In this document: positions 46,641-56,181 of the stretch, in pieces
Numbering within the stretch: position 1 is the stretch's first letter
Layout: each line of letters begins with the position of its first letter
NCBI GenBank assembly: GCA_964549615.1
Contig: CAZJVP010000057.1
Span: forward strand, 1 to 57,116
Length of the DNA stretch: 57,116 bases
Origin: an uncultured Thermococci archaeon
GTDB lineage: Archaea > CAYQAE01 > CAYVLA01
Reading direction: 5' to 3'
The notes under the pieces: generated by a model
The model's database searches: none
The model's input: only the letters and a program-made list of their open reading frames with translations
Told to the model about the DNA's origin: nothing
Made by a program: the position numbers and the translations under genes

Positions 46641-48046
46641 TGCGGGCGATGCAGGGTTACGGCAAGCTTCCCATCAGCTACACCACCGACGTGGTGGTCG
46701 TGGGGGCGGGCGTATCGGGGGTTGCCGCTGCAGTGGCGTCATCCAGGGCCGGGGCAAGGACGCTTCTCGTCGAGAGATGTGCCTTTCCAGGCGGCACTTC
46801 CACCTCAGGCTTAATGTCCACGATCACCAACTTCTACGTCACCCGCCGCAATCAACAGGTCGTCCGCGGGATAGCCCAAGAGGTGCTCGACCGCCTTGCC
46901 GCCAAAGGCGGAGCACCCAGGGGACCCTTCACGAGGGAGATCCCACAGATACCGAACGATCCGGAGAAGATGAAGCTCATTTTGATAGAGATGCTTGAGG
47001 ATGCCGGGGTGAAGGTCCTATACCGCTCCTCGGTGTGCGGCGCCAGAGTTGCAAGGCGTAGCCTTCGGGCAGCCGTGGTGCAGAACAAGGCCGGCCACTC
47101 CGCCGTTCGGGCGAAGGTTTTCGTGGACGCCACTGGAGATGCTGACCTGGCGTTTATGGCCGGCGCCGAGGTGGAGGCGGTTCCCGCGAACGGAAGCCTT
47201 GAGCTGAGGATGGGCAACGTCGACTTGGACCGGGTTGTGGAGTATTTCCTGCGTAGCCCGTCAGAGTACGATGAGTACGGTGATGTGGAGACCAACCTTG
47301 CCGACTTCGAGCGGAACTGGAAGGAGAGAGGGATCATCCACGTCCCGCACGGAAATGGCCGAAGGATGTCCGTCGTGCAGAAGGCGATCGCCGAAGGCCG
47401 CTATCCGAGGGAACTCGGGCTGGTACACGGCTTAGATGCCTTCGGCATGTACGGTTTGAGGGGAACGGGAACCCTGATAGTGAACACCGGATTTGTGAAC
47501 GGGAATCTACTGGACCCGTTCTTCCTATCCGAGGCGGAGTCCGACGCGCGCAAGGCCGCGTCCGTCGCAGCTCGGTTCCTGATCGAGAACATGCCGGGAT
47601 TTGAGAATGCGTACCTAGCCGAGACCGCGCCCGAGCTGGGAATCAGGGTCACGCGCAGGATAAGGGGCCGTCACACCCTCACCCAGGCAGAGCGTGAGGG
47701 CTTCCACCGCTTTCCGGATGTGGTCGCCGTGGCAACGGAGAGGAAGATCGGGGGCCCAAGGTACGAAGGGGCCTTTGACGTGCCTTACGGCATCTTGCTT
47801 CCCCTAGGGGTCGAGGACCTGCTCGTCGCAAGCGGCAAGGCCGTCTCGACGGATCCGCCGGCGGCAATAAGGGGGCAGGTCGCCTGCATGCAGTTGGGCC
47901 AAGCTTGCGGGGTCGCGGCGGCGGTGTGCGTCAGATCGGCAGCCCATCCGTCCGAAGTCTCGGTGCGAGATGTCCAAACGGAACTCCTAAGGCAGGGAGT
48001 GTACCTGGGGGACCAGAAAAGGCTGGAGGAACTTGGCCTGTCCTAG
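46637..48046 (+). CDS. FAD-dependent oxidoreductase (PF12831-type)
   Basis: DVVVVGAGVSG.AAA, VER...GG, FVDATGDADLA, LGIRVTRRI.G, VPYGILLP, CMQLGQACGVAAA. Confidence 0.92.
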   Translation: MMRAMQGYGKLPISYTTDVVVVGAGVSGVAAAVASSRAGARTLLVERCAFPGGTSTSGLMSTITNFYVTRRNQQVVRGIAQEVLDRLAAKGGAPRGPFTREIPQIPNDPEKMKLILIEMLEDAGVKVLYRSSVCGARVARRSLRAAVVQNKAGHSAVRAKVFVDATGDADLAFMAGAEVEAVPANGSLELRMGNVDLDRVVEYFLRSPSEYDEYGDVETNLADFERNWKERGIIHVPHGNGRRMSVVQKAIAEGRYPRELGLVHGLDAFGMYGLRGTGTLIVNTGFVNGNLLDPFFLSEAESDARKAASVAARFLIENMPGFENAYLAETAPELGIRVTRRIRGRHTLTQAEREGFHRFPDVVAVATERKIGGPRYEGAFDVPYGILLPLGVEDLLVASGKAVSTDPPAAIRGQVACMQLGQACGVAAAVCVRSAAHPSEVSVRDVQTELLRQGVYLGDQKRLEELGLS

Positions 48047-48132
48047 GGCGAACTGGAGCACTTGAGGTTTCCGCAAGGAGAAATCCCACTAGGAGTTGAC
48101 CATATTTTTCGGCGTGCCGACAGCCCCTCTCG

Positions 48133-51100
48133 ATGAACCGGGCTGCGTGGGCGGGCATGGCGCTGGCCCTGGTCGTGCTTTGCCCCCCTGTCCTTGCGCT
48201 AGATGCCGAGGAAGCCGCGTTCCTGGACATAATCAACCAGTACCGGCTGGCAAACGGCGTTCCCCCGCTGGCACTGTCCCCAACGCTCACCCAAGCATCC
48301 GAACTTCACAGCCAAGACATGGCCGACCACGACTACTTCTCCCACTACAGCCTGGACGGAAGATCGCCGTACGACAGGATGGTCCAGGCAGGGTACAACT
48401 ACGCGACGTGGATGGGTGAGAACATAGCTGCAGGGTTCGTCACGGCCGCTCAGGTCTTCCAGGGCTGGAAGAACTCCCCCGGCCACGATGCCAACATGCT
48501 GCGGCCGAATTTCGTGGTGATCGGCATCGGGAGGGCGTACAATGCCTCATCCCACTATGGCTGGTACTGGACCACCGATTTCGGCGGATACGACGATTCC
48601 GGGGCTCCCCCGGCACCGATCGTTACCTCGCCAACCCATCCGAGCCGAGACCTCTGGTACGCCAACCACTCCCCAGTATTCGAGTGGGAAGGCGTCCCCG
48701 ATGCCGAGGGGTATAGCTTCCTGATCGACCACTCACCATACACCACCCCGGATAGTTCGATCGATTCGAATACCACTAGCGCGACCTATTCCAACCTCCA
48801 AGATGGAACATGGTACTTCCACGTCAGGGCGAAGACGCCGACTGGGTGGGGCCAGGCGAGCCACTACCGCATCAACGTGGATTGCACCCCGCCGGAGCCT
48901 CCAGCCATCGCGTCCAGCACACACCCAGACCAAGACGCCCAATATCCCAACGATGACCCGTCCTTCAGCTGGTCACCCTTGCCCGACACCTCCGGCATCT
49001 CTGGCTACAGTTACCTTCTGGACCGAGAAGCCCTGACGACGCCGGACGAGGTCCTAGATACTTATTCCACCTACAAATCCTACCATGACCTCCAAGAGGG
49101 ACTTTGGTATTTTCACGTTCGCTGCGTGGATCGCGCCGGCAACTGGGGTCCGGCCTCCCACTTCAGGATAGCCGTACGGTTCTTGCCTTCCGCGGACTTC
49201 GAGGCCGCGCCCAGAAACGGGTACGAGCCGCTCTCCGTCGCGTTCACCGACCTTTCGCTCTCCAGAACCGGGATCACCAACTGGTCATGGGACTTCGGCG
49301 ACGGCTGCACCAGCCGGGAGAACAATCCCGTCCATCTCTACCTTCGCGAGGGCGTCTATTCGGTCTCGCTTGAGGTCTGGGAATCTGACGGGGACCACGA
49401 CCGCATCTCGAAAACCGACTACATCCGCGTAGCCACCCCTGCGCCGGACGACTTTTTGGTCGCATCTGTCGCCAAAGACTGGGAGCCAATCATAGGGTCG
49501 AGCCTCTTCGGAGCTTTTGCCCTCGAGGACTCCTACGTATCCCCGGATCAGCCTGCAGTCAACCACGGGCACGAACCGCTGCTCTTGTGCGACTCCCAAG
49601 GCAGCTCCATATACCTGGCGATGGATCTGTCCGCAATCCCCACCGGTGCGACCATCCTCGACGCGGGGCTAAGCCTCTACTTCCAATCTGGCATCGGACT
49701 CGTGGACCCGCACGTTAGGGTTTCCTACATCGAGGACGACTCCTGGACGGAGGCGGAGATCTGCTGGGACAATGCACCCTTGCATCCTGACATGGATTGT
49801 GAGAGCAAGGAGTTCCTTGCCTTCCCGGGCATGTACGCGAGATTCAACGTATCCTGGGCTGTGAGGACCGCGCTGCCGAGACGACGGATCAGCCTGCGGA
49901 TCTCCGTGTGTTCGGGAAATGGAACCCTGCTATTTGCGTCGGGGGAGTCGGACCAGATCGAAGCTCGTCCTCTGATCGTCGTTCGATACACGACGGGCGA
50001 TCTTCACCGGGTCTCGTTTTCGTCGGTTGGCCCGGGAGGCGTGGTCCGCAACCTTGGCCGCGTCTCGATAGGCGGCATTATCTGCAGCCTCCCGTCGAAC
50101 GCGTCCGTCATCGCAGGTTCCTATCCCCTGGCCTACCTCCCCGGATGGGATTTCGAGATGTGGCAGGCCGAGGGAGCACTGTCGGTCTCCAATCCATTTG
50201 CCAACGCCACCATCCTGACTGTCTGGGGGCCCGGCGTCGTCGTCGCCAAAGGGAACTCCACGAAGGCGACCTATGCTTATGACGACGGCACGTGCGAGTT
50301 TGCCCTCGGCGCGTCCCGAGGCCAGCTGCTTGCAGTGGAGTTTTCGCCACCCATCACGGGCCGGCTCGCCGGCATACGCCTGTTCTTCGAGGATATCTCG
50401 GATGCAGGGAACAACAACGCCCTCGTACGCATCCTGCGCCGGGACGGCAACGACCTAGTTCCCCCAATTCCGATCGACCCCAAGAACGACGGCTGGCTGG
50501 TGATCGAGCTCGATGACCCCGTGGACCTTGCCGGGGACTTCCTCGTAGCCCTGCAACATATTGAGGATGGTTGGCCCAGGATAGGGGTGGATACAAGCAG
50601 TTCTGCAGCGAGCCTCCTTCGACAAGGGGCCGGGTGGCAGGACTATGATTCGAACCTGATGATCAGGTGCGAGTTGGACCACCTTCCCTCCCTCAAGCTG
50701 GCTGCGCGACTTTCTTTGGAGTTCGCTCCACCGACGCCGCGCGCAGGTGAAGTTGTCACCGTATCGGGCAGATTGGAACCGGAAACGCCGCAGGCATACG
50801 TTACCATCACCCTCGAGCCCCCGGGCCGCACCCGCATCAACCATACGATTCCCCTCACTAGCCTCGGCGAGTTTTCTTTCGACTACGTCCCGCCCTGGGC
50901 CGGGCTCTGGCACGTGCGTGCCTTTTGGGAGGGAGATTCGAACTCCTCCCCCGCAAACGAGACCATACAGATACCCGTCGAGAGGGGCTCCGTCCACATC
51001 ACCTGCATCGTTGAGCCTGACCTTAGCAACTATGGCGAACCGATCAGAGTCAGTGGCGAAGTCGGCCCGGTCGCCGTTCCGTTCGCCGTTGAACAAAGAG

Positions 51101-52857
51101 TGTCGGGAGGCCCGTGGCTGTCTTTGGCACAACCTGACTGCCCATCCGAGCTGGCCTACGAGTTGTGGTTCGTCCCTCCCGAAGCCGGGAACTACGAGTT
51201 CCGAGCATCATGGCCGGGGAACGAGGACTTCCTGGGATTCGAAACGCCCCCGGCCCGGCTCCAGGTCCTGAAGGCGAACTCGTCGATCACGTGCATGTTG
51301 GACGCCACATCTACGGCCTACGGTTCGCAGGTACAGATCTTTGGAACCATTTCCCCGGGTTGTTCCGCGTCGGTGAAGATCAGATACATCCAGGGGGCGG
51401 AATGGCACGATATAGGCATAGCCGCGGCCGATCAAGACGGAAGTTTCCGCTACACATGGACCGTCGATGCAGTGGGGTCGTTGTTCGTTGCATCGCTTTG
51501 GGAAGGCGACCACAACCACAACGGTGCCATGAGCGAGTTGATCTACCTGTCGTCAAGCAGGGCCCGCGCCACCCTGTACTGTCTGGTCGAGCCTTCGGTT
51601 GTCGCAATCAATGAGTCGATCACGATCCAAGGAAAGATCCATCCACCGCATGAAACCGCTATTGAGATCGGCATCGAGTCGCCGAAAGGATCGATCGATC
51701 GAGCCCAGGCGTATCCTGGCCCGTCAGGTGAGTTCGCCGTGCGTTTCACGCCTCAGAAAGCGGGGGCGTGGAAGGTCATCGCCGAATCGCACGGCAGCCC
51801 TTGCTTTGAGCCTTCCAGATACACAGCCGAGTTCTCCGTCGAGAGGACGCGCGTGGACCTCGAATGCTGTGTTTCGCCTTCCGCACTGGCATTCGGTGAC
51901 CGGGTCCAGATAGCGGGTTCCTGCTCAAGCGCCGGAGGTCAGATCCTTCTGCAGTATGCGTATGCCGGCGGCGATTGGACGGACCTGGACTGGGTCGACT
52001 GCTCCCCAGACCGCGGATACGAATGCTCGTGGCTGCCGCCGCACGCTGGACACTACCGGTTTAGAGCCGTCCGGATGGGCGACGAGCGGTTCCAGGGATC
52101 CGAATCGCAGACCGTCGAGGCGTACGTGTCCAAGGGAGCCTCCTCGATCTCTTTGACATTCGATGGGGCGCCAGTTGTCTACGGAAGCTGTGTGACGATC
52201 TCGGGCGAGATATGGCCTCCGCTTGCCACGCAGGTCGTCTTGGAGCGTTTCGACTCCGGTGGGTGGAACCAGGTCACGATCGTGCCATCCGCGCCGGATG
52301 GGCACTATGGCTATAGCATGCAAGTCGACTTCGTCGGAGAGGCAAGCATACGATCCAGTTGGCGGGGCAACGACGATTGGCTCGGAGCATCGAGCGAGGT
52401 CTTGACCATCAAGTCCGAACAAGCAGATATCTCACTTTCCTGCCATGCGCAGCCGCCCTACGTTGAGCCCGACCAACCTGTGGCAATCCACGGCGAGGTT
52501 CGACCGCCCATGTCGATTCCGATAGTCGTCGATGCAATCAGTTCCGAGGGGTCGGAGTTCAGGTACCACGTAATTTCAGATCCTGCGGGGCGCTACGCCA
52601 TAAACGTGACCCTTTCCAAGGCCGGTGCTTGGCATGTGGTGGCGGCCTGTAATGGCACCGAGGTGTACCGAGGCTACGTTACCCCTGGGACATGGATTCT
52701 CGTTGTGGAAGATGTTGCCGAGGCTCTGCCTGCCTGCCTTCTCTTACTACTCGGGGCCTTTCTAGCGGTGAGGGCCTTCGGCATGTGCCCTTCACAGGTT
52801 CCTAGCCTTCGAATCCTCCTTTTCTCCCCAAATGCACACAGTTTGAGCGAACTATGA
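48133..52857 (+). CDS. Large modular cell-surface protein: CAP/SCP domain, 2 Fn3-like repeats, PKD, DNRLRE-like domain, about 7 Ig-like repeats, C-terminal TM
   Basis: Signal peptide; INQYR...HSQDM...YFSH...GENIAAG...WKNSPGH..NML; WSWDFGDG..S...NPVHLY; W.E..I.WDNAP; repeated G..V.I.G.I.P...W.G units; LLLLLGAFLAV. Confidence 0.9.
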   Translation: MNRAAWAGMALALVVLCPPVLALDAEEAAFLDIINQYRLANGVPPLALSPTLTQASELHSQDMADHDYFSHYSLDGRSPYDRMVQAGYNYATWMGENIAAGFVTAAQVFQGWKNSPGHDANMLRPNFVVIGIGRAYNASSHYGWYWTTDFGGYDDSGAPPAPIVTSPTHPSRDLWYANHSPVFEWEGVPDAEGYSFLIDHSPYTTPDSSIDSNTTSATYSNLQDGTWYFHVRAKTPTGWGQASHYRINVDCTPPEPPAIASSTHPDQDAQYPNDDPSFSWSPLPDTSGISGYSYLLDREALTTPDEVLDTYSTYKSYHDLQEGLWYFHVRCVDRAGNWGPASHFRIAVRFLPSADFEAAPRNGYEPLSVAFTDLSLSRTGITNWSWDFGDGCTSRENNPVHLYLREGVYSVSLEVWESDGDHDRISKTDYIRVATPAPDDFLVASVAKDWEPIIGSSLFGAFALEDSYVSPDQPAVNHGHEPLLLCDSQGSSIYLAMDLSAIPTGATILDAGLSLYFQSGIGLVDPHVRVSYIEDDSWTEAEICWDNAPLHPDMDCESKEFLAFPGMYARFNVSWAVRTALPRRRISLRISVCSGNGTLLFASGESDQIEARPLIVVRYTTGDLHRVSFSSVGPGGVVRNLGRVSIGGIICSLPSNASVIAGSYPLAYLPGWDFEMWQAEGALSVSNPFANATILTVWGPGVVVAKGNSTKATYAYDDGTCEFALGASRGQLLAVEFSPPITGRLAGIRLFFEDISDAGNNNALVRILRRDGNDLVPPIPIDPKNDGWLVIELDDPVDLAGDFLVALQHIEDGWPRIGVDTSSSAASLLRQGAGWQDYDSNLMIRCELDHLPSLKLAARLSLEFAPPTPRAGEVVTVSGRLEPETPQAYVTITLEPPGRTRINHTIPLTSLGEFSFDYVPPWAGLWHVRAFWEGDSNSSPANETIQIPVERGSVHITCIVEPDLSNYGEPIRVSGEVGPVAVPFAVEQRVSGGPWLSLAQPDCPSELAYELWFVPPEAGNYEFRASWPGNEDFLGFETPPARLQVLKANSSITCMLDATSTAYGSQVQIFGTISPGCSASVKIRYIQGAEWHDIGIAAADQDGSFRYTWTVDAVGSLFVASLWEGDHNHNGAMSELIYLSSSRARATLYCLVEPSVVAINESITIQGKIHPPHETAIEIGIESPKGSIDRAQAYPGPSGEFAVRFTPQKAGAWKVIAESHGSPCFEPSRYTAEFSVERTRVDLECCVSPSALAFGDRVQIAGSCSSAGGQILLQYAYAGGDWTDLDWVDCSPDRGYECSWLPPHAGHYRFRAVRMGDERFQGSESQTVEAYVSKGASSISLTFDGAPVVYGSCVTISGEIWPPLATQVVLERFDSGGWNQVTIVPSAPDGHYGYSMQVDFVGEASIRSSWRGNDDWLGASSEVLTIKSEQADISLSCHAQPPYVEPDQPVAIHGEVRPPMSIPIVVDAISSEGSEFRYHVISDPAGRYAINVTLSKAGAWHVVAACNGTEVYRGYVTPGTWILVVEDVAEALPACLLLLLGAFLAVRAFGMCPSQVPSLRILLFSPNAHSLSEL

Positions 52858-52953
52858 GTCCCACTTTCCCGCTCGCCGACCAGGTCCCACGCCTCCGCCA
52901 ACGAACGTCTTGTGGCAGCAAACGATGATGCTTGACCGCCGCCTCAGCATGAG

Positions 52954-52991
52954 ATGGGTCCCAGATGCAGGCATGGGTCCCAGATGCAGGC
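52954..52991. repeat. Perfect 19-bp tandem duplication ATGGGTCCCAGATGCAGGC x2
   Basis: Units at 52954-52972 and 52973-52991, between convergent genes. Confidence 0.9.
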
Positions 52992-53004
52992 CGGGGTGCC
53001 CAGC

Positions 53005-54030
53005 TCATTCCTGGGGGTTGACTATGACCTTGAGGGATTCACCGGCCGCAGCCACGAGCTCGAAACCCTTCTGGGTCTGTTCCAGCGGCAATCTGTGGGT
53101 AACCATTTCCCGCACGTTGACGCGCCGCTGCCTTATGAGCTCTATCGCCCTCGCTATGTCGCTCGGCGCGGCCGCGTACGATGTCTTCAACGAAATTTCG
53201 TCCCGCCAGAACTGGCTCATGGGAACCGCCACATCCGTTCCGGGCGGAGGGACGGCAAAGAACATGACGGTTCCCCCACGGTCGACCGACGACAATGCCT
53301 GCTGGATCGCGGCCGGTGCGCCGGTGCAGACTATGACCACGTCGGCAAGTCGACCATCGTTTGCGCGTCTCACCTCGTCCGGCACGTCCTTGGCAGCCTG
53401 AATCGAAACGTCGGCCCCGAATCTCTGAGCGGCGGTCAGCCGATACTCGCTAATGTCCGTTGCCATTATACGACCGGCGGAGAGGCCTCGCGCCAGCTGT
53501 ATGTGCAGAATGCCCGCGACCCCGCTGCCCAGGACCAGGACGCTGCAGCCTGGCTCGATCCCGCAGATCCGCTGCCCGCGAAGCACGCAAGCCAGGGGCT
53601 CGATGAACACCGAATCCTCGTAGGTCAGTTCCTTTGGGAGTATGAAGGTTCCTCTGTCCACGTTTATGCTGGGCACTCTGACGTATTCCGCAAATCCCCC
53701 GGGCTCGAAGTTCGTCCTATGCAGCGTCTCGCAGGCCGTATGATGTCCGTTCAGGCAGTAGTGGCAGGTATTGCACGGCACATGGTGGGAGACGAAAACC
53801 CTATCCCCGACGTGGCAGCCCCGGACTCCCTCCCCGGCCTCCACGATCTCGGCGCCTATCTCGTGGCCCAGAACCCTCGGTGCCGTCTTGACCCTGTACC
53901 ATTCCAGGACGTCGCTGCCGCAGATGCCGCAGGCATGCACCTTCAAGAGGATCTCGCCCGGCCCTATCCGAGGCTTCGGCATCTCCTCTAGCCGGACGTC
54001 GTTGTTTCGGTAGTACATCGCGACGCGCAT
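53005..54030 (-). CDS. Zinc-dependent medium-chain (polyol/threonine-type) dehydrogenase
   Basis: CGICGSD, LGHE, C..CHYC...HHTAC, EPLAC, VLGSGVAG. Confidence 0.93.
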   Translation of the reverse strand: MRVAMYYRNNDVRLEEMPKPRIGPGEILLKVHACGICGSDVLEWYRVKTAPRVLGHEIGAEIVEAGEGVRGCHVGDRVFVSHHVPCNTCHYCLNGHHTACETLHRTNFEPGGFAEYVRVPSINVDRGTFILPKELTYEDSVFIEPLACVLRGQRICGIEPGCSVLVLGSGVAGILHIQLARGLSAGRIMATDISEYRLTAAQRFGADVSIQAAKDVPDEVRRANDGRLADVVIVCTGAPAAIQQALSSVDRGGTVMFFAVPPPGTDVAVPMSQFWRDEISLKTSYAAAPSDIARAIELIRQRRVNVREMVTHRLPLEQTQKGFELVAAAGESLKVIVNPQE

Positions 54031-54036
54031 GTGGCT

Positions 54037-54843
54037 CTATGCTTCCTTGCCTTCCTTTAGGGAGTTGAAGAGGTCGAAGGCCTCTTTGGGGGTTGCGTTC
54101 TCGTGCACCACGGCCCGGACCGCCCTGATCATCGCAACGGGGTAATCGGATTGCCAGATGTTCCGCCCCATGTCGACCCCAACCGCACCCTCCTGGACGG
54201 CCTTATACGACATCTCCAAGGCCTCGAACTCCCCGATCTTCTTGCCGCCCGCGATCACTATGGGGACGGGGCATCCCTCCACGACCTTCCTGAAGTCCTC
54301 GCAGTAGTAGGACTTCACGAAGTTTGCTCCGAGCTCGGCCGCTATCCTGCAGCATAGGCCGAGGTACCGCGCATCCCTGCCCATCTCCTTCCCAACCGCG
54401 GTGACGGCAAGAACCGGCATACCGTACTCCTGCGCAACGTCCACCACGTTGGCTAGGCTCATCAGCGTCTGCTTTTCATATTCGGCCCCCACGAATATGG
54501 ACAGCGCAACGGCACAAGCGTTCAGCCGCACGGCTTCCTCCATCGAGGTCGTGATGCCCTCGTTGGAAAGTTCCTTGAGGATGCTGGTGCCCCCGGAGAT
54601 CCTTAGCACCACCGGGGTGTCCGTGTTCGGATCCACGCAGGTCCGAAGCACTCCCCTCGTGAGCATAACGGAGTCGGCGTAGGGGAGCAACGGGGCGATC
54701 GTCTTGCGCGGCGACTCCAGCCTCGTCGTTGGGCCGAGGAAGTACCCGTGGTCGACGGCCAGCATCACGGTCCTGCCCGTCTTGGGCTTGATGATCCTTG
54801 ACAACCTGTTCTGCATACCCCAATCCATATCCTCACTTCCCAT
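54037..54843 (-). CDS. lsrF: LsrF-like 3-hydroxy-5-phosphonooxypentane-2,4-dione thiolase (DhnA/class I aldolase family)
   Basis: MDWGMQNRLSRI, VMLAVDHGYFLGPT, AVTAVGK, RDARY..L.CRIAAELGA..VKSYYC, PVPIVIAGGKK, GVDMGRNIWQS. Confidence 0.9.
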   Translation of the reverse strand: MGSEDMDWGMQNRLSRIIKPKTGRTVMLAVDHGYFLGPTTRLESPRKTIAPLLPYADSVMLTRGVLRTCVDPNTDTPVVLRISGGTSILKELSNEGITTSMEEAVRLNACAVALSIFVGAEYEKQTLMSLANVVDVAQEYGMPVLAVTAVGKEMGRDARYLGLCCRIAAELGANFVKSYYCEDFRKVVEGCPVPIVIAGGKKIGEFEALEMSYKAVQEGAVGVDMGRNIWQSDYPVAMIRAVRAVVHENATPKEAFDLFNSLKEGKEA

Positions 54844-55054
54844 GCGTCTCGGGCCTTACGATCAGGTAGCCTCTCTCTATCAGCCAGTGATGGAACTCGT
54901 AAGCGGTGTGCAGGCAATCCGTCTTGCACAGCCCCCTAATCCTCTCGTACTCCGTCGAGCCCGCTGCCTTGCTCTCAAGCTCGGCCTGCCGTGGGCAGCT
55001 GACGTCCTTACAGTATTCCCGTCGCTGGTACTCGACGTATCCATCGATTGGCAC
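54833..55054 (-). CDS. Small Cys/His-rich putative metal-binding protein upstream of lsrF
   Basis: YC.DVSCP...LCKTDCLHTAYEFHHWL; overlaps the lsrF start; TATA-like TTTATAT upstream on the minus strand. Confidence 0.7.
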   Translation of the reverse strand: MPIDGYVEYQRREYCKDVSCPRQAELESKAAGSTEYERIRGLCKTDCLHTAYEFHHWLIERGYLIVRPETHGK

Positions 55055-55185
55055 AGAGCAAGCCCCGAGTCCGCACAGCAGACTCCGAGCCCGTCATATA
55101 AAGTTTTTCCGGCTTGCTTGCTCCCGCTCCCGCCAGTAACTTTATATCACCCTGGCACCTCACCGGGCGCTCGGAGGATGAGGGT

Positions 55186-55788
55186 TTGGAGAAACCTCTC
55201 GTTATCGTGGCCGTGACGCTGGTTCTGGTGGCAGCCGTCCTTCTGCCTGTGATTCCAACCAAGCACACAGTTCTTGTGCCGCAGTCAAGGACAGAGACCT
55301 ACACGGAGACGGAGCCGTACCAAGACACCGAAGAGCGCACCCAGTCTCTCGTCGATGACAAGCCCACCGTTTCTGCCGGTCAGTACATCTACTACAGCCG
55401 GTATGTCGATGTCGCTGGCAAACAGCAGAACTTCGTCGCTGGCAAGGTCACGGAGACCGCCGGGTACGACATCAACTTTTTCGTCTTCGACCAGAAGGGC
55501 TTCAACGCCTGGAAGCAAGGAGGATCTTCAGCAGCCTATGTGGACGCCCGGCGGATAGCCTCCCAAGACTATAGATTCGTCCCAGACCACACGGACTACT
55601 ACTACTTCGTCCTCGACAACACCTTCTCATGGTTCACGAACAAGGTGCCCTCAGTAACGGCCACTTGGTCCTACCAAGAAACGGTCACCAAGTATAGAGA
55701 CGTCCAGAAGACGCGCACGATCACGGAGGATGTCGAGGTGACGGAAACGAAGATGACATCCCTGCTGGCCCTTTTGCTTGGACTGTAG
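55186..55788 (+). CDS. Membrane-anchored protein with a GOLD/emp24-like beta-sandwich flanked by Thr/Glu-rich strands
   Basis: N-terminal TM; DINFFVFDQKGF..W, YYFVLDNTFSWFTNK; TATA TTTATAT at ~55141 and GGAGG upstream. Confidence 0.7.
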   Translation: MEKPLVIVAVTLVLVAAVLLPVIPTKHTVLVPQSRTETYTETEPYQDTEERTQSLVDDKPTVSAGQYIYYSRYVDVAGKQQNFVAGKVTETAGYDINFFVFDQKGFNAWKQGGSSAAYVDARRIASQDYRFVPDHTDYYYFVLDNTFSWFTNKVPSVTATWSYQETVTKYRDVQKTRTITEDVEVTETKMTSLLALLLGL

Positions 55789-55789
55789 A

Positions 55790-56181
55790 CGAGACCCGTC
55801 ACTGGGAGGCTCATGACCTCTCAGGTCTATGTGTGACGGAGTGAGAAGATGGCAGTTGCGGAAGACGTGAGGAGGGACTTCAAGAAGGTGGAATGACCTT
55901 GGCGACGTACGAATGTCCAAGGTGCGGCTCCACTCCCTGACAGTAAGCGTCTTCTTGGCGTAATCCCTCCAGACGTGGGACGACTTGTCGTTGACGTCGT
56001 CCGACTGGTAGTTTGTACTTGCGGGCTTCAGTACAGTTCCGCACCTGCCGCATTCCATATGACGGTTCGCAACCAAGCCGAAGAAGGACTTTTTCTCCAT
56101 CAGGTCGGGACCGCTCTGCCCACAAACTGGGCACCTGAGGCTTTCGATTCCCTGAATAGTCTGAGCCGGCTTGCAGCCCCA
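55790..56181 (-). pseudogene. Zinc-ribbon protein remnant (CPVC...CGRC) without an in-frame start before the first Cys pair
   Basis: Reading frame WGCKPAQTIQGIESLRCPVCGQSGPDLMEKK...MECGRCGTVLK opens right after the TGA of the TPP enzyme; the frame runs on into the convergent gene. Confidence 0.4.

Noticed and set aside
52954-52991. CRISPR array or mini-array
   Set aside because: Only two adjacent copies, no spacer, and no cas genes in the window
52954-53991. 345-aa + strand ORF antisense to the Zn dehydrogenase (likewise 6600-7496, 19209-20162, 25621-26559, 45552-46520)
   Set aside because: Shadow ORFs expected from GC-rich codon bias; no motifs; fully overlap well-supported genes
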